50,085 nt of DNA from Candidatus Kaiserbacteria bacterium (GCA_027083345.1 JALWOZ010000025.1:1-50085), one strand, 5' to 3'; numbered from the stretch's first letter, positions 19,190-28,476 are shown. Notes: generated from the sequence alone by a model not told the origin. Translations and numbers: made by a program.

Positions 19190-20038
19190 ATGAAAGCACA
19201 TAAACCAACAACACCAGGACGTAGAGGGATGACAAATATCTCATATAATACGGCCCTAACAAGGAGAAAGCCTCTCAAGAGTTTAACAAAAGGGTTTAAA
19301 AGAGGAGTTGGCCGTAATAATGCAGGTAGAATAACAACTCGCCACAAAGGTGGTGGAGTTAAGCGAGCGTATCGCATTATAGATTTTAAGTACAATAAGC
19401 ACGACATACCGGCTAAGATAGAGTCCGTAGAGTACGATCCAAATCGTAGTGCCTTTATAGGTGTGGCACTTTATGCCGATGGAGAGAGGCGTTATGTAGT
19501 TGTGTCTGGTGCGACTAAGGTGGGAGATACATTCGTAGTATCTGCCTCAGATGATACTAAAACACGATTGGGTAATAGACAGCCAATAGGTAAGATGCAA
19601 GTGGGTACTATTGTTTATAATGTTGAGGTTAAACCTAATGGAGGTGCTAAACTTGCTCGTAGTGCCGGCAATTATATAGAGGTTATTGGACATGATCAGG
19701 GATACACTCAAATTAAGATGCCGAGCGGTGAGGTGCGTAAAGTACTTAGCACTTGTTGGGCTACTGTCGGGGAAGTGAGCAATTCGGAGCATAGGCTTGT
19801 AACTCTTGGTAAGGCAGGGCGTAAGCGTAAGATGGGCATACGCCCAACTGTGCGTGGTAGCGCTATGAATTCCGTAGATCACCCATATGGTGGTGGAGAG
19901 GGTAAGGCCGGTCGTGGACGCAGGCGCGCTATCTCTAAGTGGGGTAAGCCAACAGGTATTGGGCAGAAGTCTCGCAAGCCAAAGAAGTACTCAAACAAGC
20001 TTATAGTAAACAGACGTAAGGTAGGTAAGCGAAAATAG
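19190..20038 (+). CDS. rplB: 50S ribosomal protein L2
   Basis: GRNNAGRIT, EYDPNRSA, RPTVRGSAMNSVDHPYGGGEG. Confidence 0.99.
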   Translation: MKAHKPTTPGRRGMTNISYNTALTRRKPLKSLTKGFKRGVGRNNAGRITTRHKGGGVKRAYRIIDFKYNKHDIPAKIESVEYDPNRSAFIGVALYADGERRYVVVSGATKVGDTFVVSASDDTKTRLGNRQPIGKMQVGTIVYNVEVKPNGGAKLARSAGNYIEVIGHDQGYTQIKMPSGEVRKVLSTCWATVGEVSNSEHRLVTLGKAGRKRKMGIRPTVRGSAMNSVDHPYGGGEGKAGRGRRRAISKWGKPTGIGQKSRKPKKYSNKLIVNRRKVGKRK

Positions 20039-20126
20039 TAATTTTGACTTTTTGTCAAGGTAATTAAGCACTTGTTATACACAATACCCATTTACTTAAC
20101 TAAAATAAAGTTGTTTAATTTTCTCT

Positions 20127-21437
20127 ATGACTAATAAAGTGAAGCCTAAAGAGGTTATTAAAAAGCCCACGAAGAAAAAGATAGTGCTTTTTGTGGGGTT
20201 TAGGAAGCCACAGGAAATTCATAACTGGATTGATGAAAATAATTTGCCATATAGAGTTTTTTCTATTTTAAGTAAAAAGACAAAAAAAGAAAGGCTAAAA
20301 AAAGCTGGAGAGGCCTTTAATGAGATTTTGTTGTGTGACTTTGCAGATGATAATTCTATATCTGAAGCATTGTTGCCTTACAGAAAGAATATCGTAGCTA
20401 TAACCGCTAGAGGTGAAGCAAATTCAACGCGATTGAGGAAGTGTTTACCACACTTACCATATATAAATACACCGACAGAGTCGTCTATCCTATGGGCAAC
20501 TGACAAAATAGAAATGCGGCAAAGAATGCACTCATTTGACGCTAATATTGTTCCTGATTTTGTACTTATAAAGGGTAATAATTCAGAAACTGTGGCAAGT
20601 ATAGAGAAGAGATTAGATTACCCAGTCATGGTGAAGCCGTCTGGTCTAGCCTCAAGCATGCTGGTTACCAATTGTTACCACAGAGACGAGTTAGAGACGG
20701 CATTATCTAGAGTATATAAACAGGCCAATATATTTCATCGTATATATAAAGAGTTTTATAAAGAAGACACGCCACAGGTATTAGTTGAGGAGCTTATGGA
20801 GGGCGAGATGTACTCTGTTGATGGGGTGGTTAATGGTAAGGGTAAGGTTATCTCTTATCCGCCTGTGCATGTTAAGACAGGTAAGCAGATTGGTTTTGAC
20901 GACTACTTTGGTTATCAAAGAATAACTCCATCCAGGCTTGGAAATAAAAGTATAAGAGAGGTCGAAAAGGTGACTAAACGAGCAGTACATGCAGTTGGGC
21001 TGCGCTACTCCTCTTTTCACTTAGAGCTGTTGCGCACTGAAGAGGGTTGGAAAGTTATTGAGATAGCACCGCGTATAGGCGGTTTTAGGCAAGAGATGTA
21101 TAAATTGAGTTACAACATAGATTTAATGCTTAATGATATTAATAATAAATTAAATAAAGAAATCACGGTACCTAAATCCTCACTGGGGTATACAGCTGTG
21201 TTACAGATGTTTGCAAAAAAGGAGGGGTATATTAAGAGGATTACTGGTATTAAAGTTATAAACAACATAGTCTCGATACATGAGGTAAAACAGCATAAGA
21301 AAGTTGGAGACAGGGTTAAGTTTGCTAAAAATGGCGGAGGTAGTGTACTGGATATAACACTACATAATGTAAGCCGTCCAGAGTTGTTGGCGGATATACG
21401 TAGAGTTGAACAAACTTTAAAAATTATAGTAAAATAA
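20127..21437 (+). CDS. ATP-grasp protein, L-amino-acid-ligase-like
   Basis: DKIEMR, YPVMVKP, LVEELMEGEMYSVD, HLEL, IEIAPRIGG. Confidence 0.85.
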   Translation: MTNKVKPKEVIKKPTKKKIVLFVGFRKPQEIHNWIDENNLPYRVFSILSKKTKKERLKKAGEAFNEILLCDFADDNSISEALLPYRKNIVAITARGEANSTRLRKCLPHLPYINTPTESSILWATDKIEMRQRMHSFDANIVPDFVLIKGNNSETVASIEKRLDYPVMVKPSGLASSMLVTNCYHRDELETALSRVYKQANIFHRIYKEFYKEDTPQVLVEELMEGEMYSVDGVVNGKGKVISYPPVHVKTGKQIGFDDYFGYQRITPSRLGNKSIREVEKVTKRAVHAVGLRYSSFHLELLRTEEGWKVIEIAPRIGGFRQEMYKLSYNIDLMLNDINNKLNKEITVPKSSLGYTAVLQMFAKKEGYIKRITGIKVINNIVSIHEVKQHKKVGDRVKFAKNGGGSVLDITLHNVSRPELLADIRRVEQTLKIIVK

Positions 21438-21450
21438 ATTTATACATTAC

Positions 21451-22344
21451 ATGAAGACTTTTTATACAATTAACTTTTCTGAGAGTAACCCTAAGAAAGA
21501 GTTGTTAAGAGAGCTAAAGGCTGCTTTGTTAGGTAAGAATATTGACTATAAGAATATTAAATCTGAAGATGTATTAGTAGATATTGGAGACGGTGTTGTG
21601 CATTCTCCAAAAATTATAGTTAATAACTCTTGTGTGGATATAGAAGATGCATATTTTTGGTTTAGGAGCAAGGGTAATAGTCGTCGCATGATATCAGTCA
21701 TCGCTTCTTTGTTAGATACCTTGGGTGTAGCTTTTTCTGATCCATTTAAAAAGTATGCAAGTAAGATCCATTCTAAGCCAATGCAGGCAATTAGACTAAG
21801 TGGAGCTAATATAAGGATCCCTCGTACACTTATAAGTACTGTGTTAGGACTGACCGCTAATGAGCAATATATAAAAGATAATATGATATTTCCTGTAGTA
21901 TTCAAGGCAGATGGGTCACAAGGCAGGAATGTGTGGAAAGTTAACTCGGTTGAAGATATTAAACATAGGTTATCTCAAGTGTCAGAAAAACGCACAGAAA
22001 TATTTGTAATTCAAGAGGTGGTGACTGGGGCTGACTATGATATAAGAGCATTATTTTTTAAAGATAAATTTATCGGGGCTATACGGAGACAGGGGTCTGG
22101 ATTTTTAAACAATTATTCACAAGGTGGAAATGTTGAGAAGTATACTTTAACAAGCGAAGAAATGGCAATTTGCCAGGAGGCCAAAGCTGTTTCGTTACTT
22201 GATTATATAGGTGTCGATTTCATGGTAGACTCAAAAGGTAGGCCAGTTATTATTGAATTACAAAATGGTCCCGGCTCAAGTGCGATGAGGATAACACACC
22301 CAGGGTTAAATATAGGCGAAAGCATTGTAGATAGTTTGACTTAG
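21451..22344 (+). CDS. RimK/LysX-like ATP-grasp ligase
   Basis: IPRT, FPVVFKADGSQGRNV, IQE, DIR, NNYSQGG, GVDF, IELQNGPG. Confidence 0.85.
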   Translation: MKTFYTINFSESNPKKELLRELKAALLGKNIDYKNIKSEDVLVDIGDGVVHSPKIIVNNSCVDIEDAYFWFRSKGNSRRMISVIASLLDTLGVAFSDPFKKYASKIHSKPMQAIRLSGANIRIPRTLISTVLGLTANEQYIKDNMIFPVVFKADGSQGRNVWKVNSVEDIKHRLSQVSEKRTEIFVIQEVVTGADYDIRALFFKDKFIGAIRRQGSGFLNNYSQGGNVEKYTLTSEEMAICQEAKAVSLLDYIGVDFMVDSKGRPVIIELQNGPGSSAMRITHPGLNIGESIVDSLT

Positions 22345-22364
22345 AGCCGATTTCCGTGTAAGAT
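22336..22364 (+). promoter_or_regulatory. Sigma70-type promoter for the rpsS-rplS block
   Basis: TTGACT(22336-22341), 17 nt spacer, TAAGAT(22359-22364). Confidence 0.65.
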
Positions 22365-22389
22365 AGCGCCTACTTAAAAAATAAACAGT

Positions 22390-22713
22390 ATGACACGATC
22401 AGTTAAAAAAGGGCCGTATGTATACGACAAACTTCTAAAGAAGGTAGCTGCACAAACACCTGATGGAGGAGCTATAAAGACATGGGCGCGTAATTCGCAG
22501 ATACATCCAGACTTTGTAGGGTATACATTTGCGGTGCATCATGGCAACGGCTTTACAGACGTACTCATTTCAGAGGAAATGGTTGGTCACAGGTTAGGCG
22601 AGTTTGCACCTACTAAGAAGTTTGGCCGTCATGGAGGTAAAATGCAGAAAGAGCTAGATCAGAAGAAGCGTCAAGCAGAGATAGATGCAGCAAAGGCAGC
22701 AAAGGCAGCATAA
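22390..22713 (+). CDS. rpsS: 30S ribosomal protein S19 with C-terminal extension
   Basis: RSVKKGPYV, IKTWAR, MVGHRLGEFAPT. Confidence 0.98.
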   Translation: MTRSVKKGPYVYDKLLKKVAAQTPDGGAIKTWARNSQIHPDFVGYTFAVHHGNGFTDVLISEEMVGHRLGEFAPTKKFGRHGGKMQKELDQKKRQAEIDAAKAAKAA

Positions 22714-22726
22714 TAGATAAGCGATT

Positions 22727-23050
22727 ATGAAAGCATTTCTTAAAAATCACAGACAAACACCACGCAAGACACGTCTTGTGGCAGATTTGGTGCGTGGGAA
22801 GACTGTGGAGAGTGCTATAGCAATGCTTAGCTTTACAGATAAGAAGTCAGCAGTAGCCATAAAGGCCCTTATAGAATCTGCTGTGGCAAATGCTAAGCAG
22901 GCCGGAGTAGATGTGGCAAGGTTGTTTATAAAAGAAATACGAGTAGATGAGGGGTTGAAGATGAAGAGGTGGCGACCACGCGAGCGCGGTAGGGCAGCGC
23001 CATTCCGTCGTAGAACTTCTAAAGTTAGTTTGGTCTTAGGAGAGAAATAA
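22727..23050 (+). CDS. rplV: 50S ribosomal protein L22
   Basis: PRKTRLVADLVRGK, SAVANA, VDEG. Confidence 0.97.
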   Translation: MKAFLKNHRQTPRKTRLVADLVRGKTVESAIAMLSFTDKKSAVAIKALIESAVANAKQAGVDVARLFIKEIRVDEGLKMKRWRPRERGRAAPFRRRTSKVSLVLGEK

Positions 23051-23062
23051 ATTTTAATTATT

Positions 23063-23758
23063 ATGACACACACAGTACATCCATATGCACATAGATTAGG
23101 GATAATACGCGACTGGAAGTCTCGTTGGTTCTCTAACAGTAAGGCAGGTTATCGTAATAATTTACGAGTAGATACTAATGTAAGAGTCTTTTTAGATAAG
23201 AGACTTAGGGGTTTGTATGTAGATGCCGTAGATATAGAGAGAGATCGCTCAGAATTGCGTATAACTATTAAGACATCACGACCTGGTATTATAATAGGTA
23301 GGGATGGAGAAGGAAGTAAAAAATTACAAGAAGAGATAAGTAAGGTTGTGCGTAAGAGTTTGGCAGGTACAGGGGATGCAAATAAATTACAAGTAAAAGT
23401 AGACATTGTAGAGGTGCGCTCTCCGGAGTCACGTGCCGCTATTGTTGCGTATATGGCTGTTGAGGGCTTAGAAAGTCGACAACCATTTCGTAGAGTTATG
23501 AAGCAATTAATAGAGAAGGCTATGGCAAACAGAGATGTGCAAGGGGTACGTATACGTATGTCTGGTAGGTTGGGAGGAGCTGATATGGCCCGTTCTGAGG
23601 AGGTGCGTAAAGGTCGTGTGCCTTTGCAAACACTTAGGGCAGATATAGACTATGCCTCTGAGTATGCAATGATTCCACAAGGTAAGATCGGTATTAAAGT
23701 TTGGATATATAGAGGGGAGATTTTCGACGATACCTCAAAAGGAGATAATAATAAATAA
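23063..23758 (+). CDS. rpsC: 30S ribosomal protein S3
   Basis: HPYAHRLG, RPGIIIG, SGRLGGADMAR, PLQTLRADIDY. Confidence 0.98.
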   Translation: MTHTVHPYAHRLGIIRDWKSRWFSNSKAGYRNNLRVDTNVRVFLDKRLRGLYVDAVDIERDRSELRITIKTSRPGIIIGRDGEGSKKLQEEISKVVRKSLAGTGDANKLQVKVDIVEVRSPESRAAIVAYMAVEGLESRQPFRRVMKQLIEKAMANRDVQGVRIRMSGRLGGADMARSEEVRKGRVPLQTLRADIDYASEYAMIPQGKIGIKVWIYRGEIFDDTSKGDNNK

Positions 23759-23766
23759 ACAAGAAC

Positions 23767-24189
23767 ATGTTATTCCCCAAAAAGACAAAGTACAGGAAGT
23801 GGCAAACAGGGCGTAAAAATCCTGCTAAGCTTAATAAAGTTGCCACAAGAGGCACTAATGTAGTTTTTGGATCTTTTGGGGTTAAGGCTTTAACCCAAGC
23901 TCGTATTACATCTAACCAAATAGAAGCCACAAGGCGTGTTATAGTGCGCACGATAGGGAAGACGGGTAAAATATGGATACGTATTTTCCCCGATAGACCG
24001 TATACACGTAAAGCATCAGAGGTAGGCATGGGTAAGGGTAAAGGAGATCCGGAAGGATTTGTTTGTGAGGTGCGACCAGGTAGGGTTATATTTGAGATAG
24101 ACGGAGTACCTGAGGATGTGGCCAGAGAGGCAATGCGTAAGGCAGGTACTAAATTACCTTTAAAAACAAAGATAGTAGAGCGTAAATAA
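23767..24189 (+). CDS. rplP: 50S ribosomal protein L16
   Basis: MLFPKKTKYRK, WIRIFPD, MGKGKG. Confidence 0.98.
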   Translation: MLFPKKTKYRKWQTGRKNPAKLNKVATRGTNVVFGSFGVKALTQARITSNQIEATRRVIVRTIGKTGKIWIRIFPDRPYTRKASEVGMGKGKGDPEGFVCEVRPGRVIFEIDGVPEDVAREAMRKAGTKLPLKTKIVERK

Positions 24190-24194
24190 TAATT

Positions 24195-24401
24195 ATGAGC
24201 AAGCAAGAGGATTACAAAAAGAAGAGTGTAAAGGATATAAAAGGCATAATTGAAGATGCTTATAAGACTCTGGGTAATGCACGTTTTGGTGCTGCCGGTA
24301 GTAGGGCTAATAACACTCCAGAAGGTAAGAAGGCTAAAAAGGTCATTGCCAGAGCCAAGACAGAATTAAGATTAAGAGAGCTAAAGGATCAAATTAAGTA
24401 A
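24195..24401 (+). CDS. rpmC: 50S ribosomal protein L29
   Basis: Lies between rplP and rpsQ; KKVIARAKT. Confidence 0.85.
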   Translation: MSKQEDYKKKSVKDIKGIIEDAYKTLGNARFGAAGSRANNTPEGKKAKKVIARAKTELRLRELKDQIK

Positions 24402-24410
24402 AATTTAATC

Positions 24411-24659
24411 ATGACTACAAAAGACACAACAAATAGTAAAAAGACATTGACTGGAGAGGTGGTGAGTACATCTATGAAAGACACTGCTAAAGTGGCAGTG
24501 CAGAGGTATGTAAAACATCCAAAATATAAAAAGTTTATTAAAAAGGTTAAAAACTTTTTGGTGCATGATAAGGGCAATACTGCCAAGATTGGAGATAGGG
24601 TAATTATAGAGGAGTGTAGGCCAATATCTAAGTCAAAGCATTTTATAATAAAAAAGTAA
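24411..24659 (+). CDS. rpsQ: 30S ribosomal protein S17
   Basis: GEVVS, HPKYKK, ECRPISKSK. Confidence 0.97.
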   Translation: MTTKDTTNSKKTLTGEVVSTSMKDTAKVAVQRYVKHPKYKKFIKKVKNFLVHDKGNTAKIGDRVIIEECRPISKSKHFIIKK

Positions 24660-24660
24660 T

Positions 24661-25032
24661 ATGATACAGCCACAAACAATAGTTAAAATAGTAGATAACT
24701 CTGGAGGTAAGGTAGGGCGTGTGTTTAAAGTGCTTGGTGGATCTAAGAAACGCTATGCAAAGGTGGGTGAGCAGGTTATACTCGCTGTGCAGAGCGCAGA
24801 GCCACGTAAGAATGTGAAGAAGAAAGATGTGCTCTGTGGTGTGGTTGTACGGCAAAAGAAAGCCTTTAGGCGTAAAGATGGCTCATATATACGTTTTGAT
24901 GAGAATGCGGTTGTTATAATAGATAAAGTTAAGAAGGAGCCAAAATCAACCCGTATATTTGGCCCAGTACCACGCGAGCTTGGAGAGATGGGTTATCAAA
25001 AGATCCTCTCTATGGCTCCAGAGGTTTTATAA
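24661..25032 (+). CDS. rplN: 50S ribosomal protein L14
   Basis: MIQPQT...DNSG, IRFDENA, TRIFGPVPRE, APEVL. Confidence 0.98.
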   Translation: MIQPQTIVKIVDNSGGKVGRVFKVLGGSKKRYAKVGEQVILAVQSAEPRKNVKKKDVLCGVVVRQKKAFRRKDGSYIRFDENAVVIIDKVKKEPKSTRIFGPVPRELGEMGYQKILSMAPEVL

Positions 25033-25044
25033 TTAATATTTATT

Positions 25045-25353
25045 ATGAAAATACGTAAAGATGACAAAGTAATAGTTATAGCCGGTAAAGATAAAGGCAA
25101 TCAAGGTAAGGTACTAAAGGCTATGCCTAAGACCAATAAGGTTGTAGTAGAGGGTGTTAATATAGTCAAAAAGCACATAAAAAGCTCTGGTCAGGAGAGA
25201 GTAGGTAAAATAGTAGAGAAAGCTATGCCAATAGATGTCTCTAACGTAGCACTTATAGACCCAAAAACAAAAAAGGCAACCAGAGTAAGGGTAGAGAAGA
25301 AGGACGGTAAACTAATACGCATTGCTACTAAAAGTGGTAGTCAAATTAAATAA
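25045..25353 (+). CDS. rplX: 50S ribosomal protein L24
   Basis: VIAGKDKG, VEGVN, PIDVSNV. Confidence 0.97.
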   Translation: MKIRKDDKVIVIAGKDKGNQGKVLKAMPKTNKVVVEGVNIVKKHIKSSGQERVGKIVEKAMPIDVSNVALIDPKTKKATRVRVEKKDGKLIRIATKSGSQIK

Positions 25354-25358
25354 ATATT

Positions 25359-25916
25359 ATGGCAAATACAAATATACAAACTGTAAAAGACAAAGCAAAT
25401 AATTTATTTGCATCTATAAAGGGCTCTTTCGGCTACACTAGTCCAATGCAAGCTCCTAAGATAGAAAAAGTTATAGTAGCTACGGGCATAGGTAAGGTAC
25501 AAGGAGATAAAAAGAAGGTGGCTCTTATAGCAGATAGGCTAGCTAAGATAACAGGTCAGAAACCTAAACAAAATGCAGCCAAGATCTCTGTAGCCGGCTT
25601 TAAACTACGTGAAGGAAATATTATTGGTTATCAAGTAACATTGCGTGGAGATAGGATGTATAACTTTTTAGATAAATTGATAAACATAGCATTGCCACGT
25701 ACCAGAGACTTTAGAGGTCTTAATGCAGATTCTATAGACGAGATGGGTAATTATAATATTGGTGTACGAGAGCATACAATATTCCCAGAGACATCTGACG
25801 AGGATATTAGCGATGTATTTGGCTTAGGTATTACCATAGTAACAACAGCAAAAACAAAAGAGGAGGCAGAGGCACTACTAAGAGAGATCGGCATGCCATT
25901 AAAGAAGAATAAATAA
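25359..25916 (+). CDS. rplE: 50S ribosomal protein L5
   Basis: ITGQKP, FKLREG, VTLRG, LPRTRDFRG. Confidence 0.98.
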   Translation: MANTNIQTVKDKANNLFASIKGSFGYTSPMQAPKIEKVIVATGIGKVQGDKKKVALIADRLAKITGQKPKQNAAKISVAGFKLREGNIIGYQVTLRGDRMYNFLDKLINIALPRTRDFRGLNADSIDEMGNYNIGVREHTIFPETSDEDISDVFGLGITIVTTAKTKEEAEALLREIGMPLKKNK

Positions 25917-25929
25917 TAAATAAAGTATT

Positions 25930-26604
25930 ATGAGTACAATTATAGACAATCAAAAAGTGGCAATAAGCCCAGTAGATATGCAAGAGCGTAAAGAGCTAGG
26001 TATACGCACAGGAGACACAGTGCGCGTATGGCAGAAGATAGAGGAGAAGGGCAAGACTCGTCTACAAGCCTTTGAGGGTGTGGTGCTAGCTACTAAGCAT
26101 GGTACTGAGCCGGGAGCAACATTCACAGTACGTAAGGTCGCAAGTGGAGTAGGAGTTGAGAAGGTTTTCCCATTATTCTCCCCAATGATAGATAAGCTAG
26201 AGATAGTAAAGAGAGTGCGTGTACGTAGGTCAAAGCTATACATACTCCGTGACAAGGTTGCAAGAGAGATGAAGAGAGTACTCCGCAGAGGAGAGCAAGT
26301 AGCCATAGCTACTAAGGGTACTGCAGAGCTAGAGGAAGAGCGTAAGCTTGCCGAGGCAAAGCAGAAAGAGATAGACGAGGCGCAGGTCAAGCTAGAGGCA
26401 GAGGAGGCAGCTAAGAAAGAGGCCAAGGAGAAGGCCACAGTAGAAGCTGAGGAGAAAGCTAAGGCAGGCTCTGCTTCGCCAGAGGCTACGCAGGACGACT
26501 CTAAAGAGTCGAAAGAAGAGACCAAAACAGAAGAAAAGCCTGATGATACTAAGGCAGACACAAAGGAGGACAAAGACGTGTCTCCAGAAGATTCAACTAA
26601 GTAA
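25930..26604 (+). CDS. rplS: 50S ribosomal protein L19 with long Glu/Lys/Ala-rich C-terminal tail
   Basis: GDTVRV, RLQAFEGVV, TFTVRK, GVGVEKVFP, VRRSKLY. Confidence 0.96.
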   Translation: MSTIIDNQKVAISPVDMQERKELGIRTGDTVRVWQKIEEKGKTRLQAFEGVVLATKHGTEPGATFTVRKVASGVGVEKVFPLFSPMIDKLEIVKRVRVRRSKLYILRDKVAREMKRVLRRGEQVAIATKGTAELEEERKLAEAKQKEIDEAQVKLEAEEAAKKEAKEKATVEAEEKAKAGSASPEATQDDSKESKEETKTEEKPDDTKADTKEDKDVSPEDSTK

Positions 26605-26642
26605 AACCCGCTCTGCCGAAGCTTTAGCGAAGTAGGGTATGT

Positions 26643-26673
26643 AAAGGCTTCTCACACTTAAGAGAAGCCTTTT
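26643..26673 (+). terminator. Intrinsic terminator after rplS
   Basis: AAAGGCTTCTC-8 nt loop-GAGAAGCCTTT(T). Confidence 0.75.
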
Positions 26674-26705
26674 AAGTGTTATACTGACAAAATTAAAATA
26701 AATTT

Positions 26706-28475
26706 ATGCAAATAAAAAAGATTTTTGCCTACTACTGGCCACATATAAAGAAGTATAAATGGGTTAATGTACTAACTTTTGGATCTTATGGAGTGGCAGT
26801 TATCTTGTCTGATATACTTACTCCGCTTCTATATAAAAAGCTTGTAGACATAATGAGCTCTACCAATATAAGAGATGTAGATACTTGGTATGTCATGAGT
26901 ATAGTATTATTTTGGGGTATATTACTTATTTTATACAATGTATTTTATCGTATTGGGGACTTTGCTATAGCGTATGCCCAAAGTAAAGCTCTTAAAGGGG
27001 CAATGGATGAAGCGTATAAGAGAGTACAACACCATTCGGTAAAGTTCTTTAACGATAATTTTGCAGGATCGCTGGTTGCGAAGGTCCGTCGCTTCTCAAG
27101 CTCTATAGAGACCATCTACGATGTGATTATCTTTCAATTATGGATGCACGGACTAAACTTAGTAGGTATGTTTGTTGTATTCTTGTACCTAGCCCCTTTG
27201 CTGGCCTTTACTTTTGTAATTTGGTTTGCTGCTTATATAGCGATGACGGTATGGTTTATAAAGCGTAAGATGAAGTTAGACTTAGCTAATGCATCAGCTC
27301 AGTCTAATACAACAGGTAAGCTCGCAGACTCTTTAACTAATACATTTAACATAAAGATGTTTGCAAAAACATTGGCAGAGATTAAGCTTTTTAAGGAGAC
27401 CTCATCTGATGAGGAGCAAAAGAGGTATAAGGCATGGAAGTTCCAAATGTGGCAAAATTTAGTGGCCTCAATGTTTGTAGCAGTATTTGAGTTCATCAGC
27501 GTATTTATTTCAGTGAACATGTGGCTTAATGGAGAGTTGTCTGTTGGTACGCTAGTGCTTATACAGACATTTATGTTCGCCTTGTTTAGGATAGTATTTA
27601 ACATGGGTAAGAGTGCAACTAAGTTTATCAAGGCTCTTACAGACGCTCAAGAGATGGTAGATATCTTTGAGACACCTATAGATGTACAAGATGTTGAGAG
27701 GCCAGAGGTGTGTAAGATTAAAGGCGGAGCAATAGAATTTGAGGGTGTCAACTTCTCATACCATGCTGGCGAGCACGAGGGAGAAAAGTTATTTAGTAAT
27801 TTCTCAATGAGCATAAAGAGTGGCGAGAGAGTAGGCCTTGTGGGTCACAGCGGCTCAGGCAAGACGACTCTTACAAAGCTACTCTTAAGATTTATGGATG
27901 TGGACTCTGGTGAGATACTTATAGACGGGCAAAATATTGCAAAGATTAAGCAAGATGATCTTCGTACAAACATAAGTTATGTGCCACAAGACCCAATACT
28001 CTTCCACAGGAGCTTGAGGGAGAACATTGCCTATGGCAAGAGTGATGCTACAGACGAGCAAATAATAGAGGCCGCTAAGGCAGCAAACGCACATGAGTTC
28101 ATCTCAAGCTTGCCCGAGGGGTACGACACCTTGGTGGGAGAGCGCGGAGTTAAGCTCTCTGGCGGTGAGCGTCAACGTGTGGCTATTGCCAGGGCGATGC
28201 TTAAAGATGCTCCGATACTTATACTCGATGAGGCCACAAGCGCCCTTGACTCTATAAGTGAGCGTAAGATACAAGAGGCCTTCGAGAGGCTTATGCAAGG
28301 GCGCACTACCATAGCTATAGCCCATAGGCTCAGCACTATACAGAAGATGGACAGGATAATAGTATTTGACAATGGTGAGGTAGCAGAGCAGGGCACACAC
28401 CAAGAGCTGAGTAAGAGGGAAGGTGGGGTATACGCAGAGCTCTGGGCAGAGCAAAGTAGCGGGTTTATAAAATAG
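26706..28475 (+). CDS. ABC exporter, fused TMD-NBD (MsbA/MdlB-like)
   Basis: N-terminal TM helices; GHSGSGKT, LSGGERQR, ILDEATSALD, AHRLST. Confidence 0.95.
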   Translation: MQIKKIFAYYWPHIKKYKWVNVLTFGSYGVAVILSDILTPLLYKKLVDIMSSTNIRDVDTWYVMSIVLFWGILLILYNVFYRIGDFAIAYAQSKALKGAMDEAYKRVQHHSVKFFNDNFAGSLVAKVRRFSSSIETIYDVIIFQLWMHGLNLVGMFVVFLYLAPLLAFTFVIWFAAYIAMTVWFIKRKMKLDLANASAQSNTTGKLADSLTNTFNIKMFAKTLAEIKLFKETSSDEEQKRYKAWKFQMWQNLVASMFVAVFEFISVFISVNMWLNGELSVGTLVLIQTFMFALFRIVFNMGKSATKFIKALTDAQEMVDIFETPIDVQDVERPEVCKIKGGAIEFEGVNFSYHAGEHEGEKLFSNFSMSIKSGERVGLVGHSGSGKTTLTKLLLRFMDVDSGEILIDGQNIAKIKQDDLRTNISYVPQDPILFHRSLRENIAYGKSDATDEQIIEAAKAANAHEFISSLPEGYDTLVGERGVKLSGGERQRVAIARAMLKDAPILILDEATSALDSISERKIQEAFERLMQGRTTIAIAHRLSTIQKMDRIIVFDNGEVAEQGTHQELSKREGGVYAELWAEQSSGFIK

Positions 28476-28476
28476 G

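Noticed and set aside
25950-26573. 207-aa Ser-rich minus-strand ORF, and similar antisense ORFs over rpsE, tpiA, recJ, rplP and rplK
   Set aside because: These are shadows of well-supported plus-strand genes.
26706-28475. Apparent GC increase in the NBD half of the ABC gene as a sign of chimerism
   Set aside because: Judged by eye only, and explainable by amino-acid composition of TM versus NBD domains.
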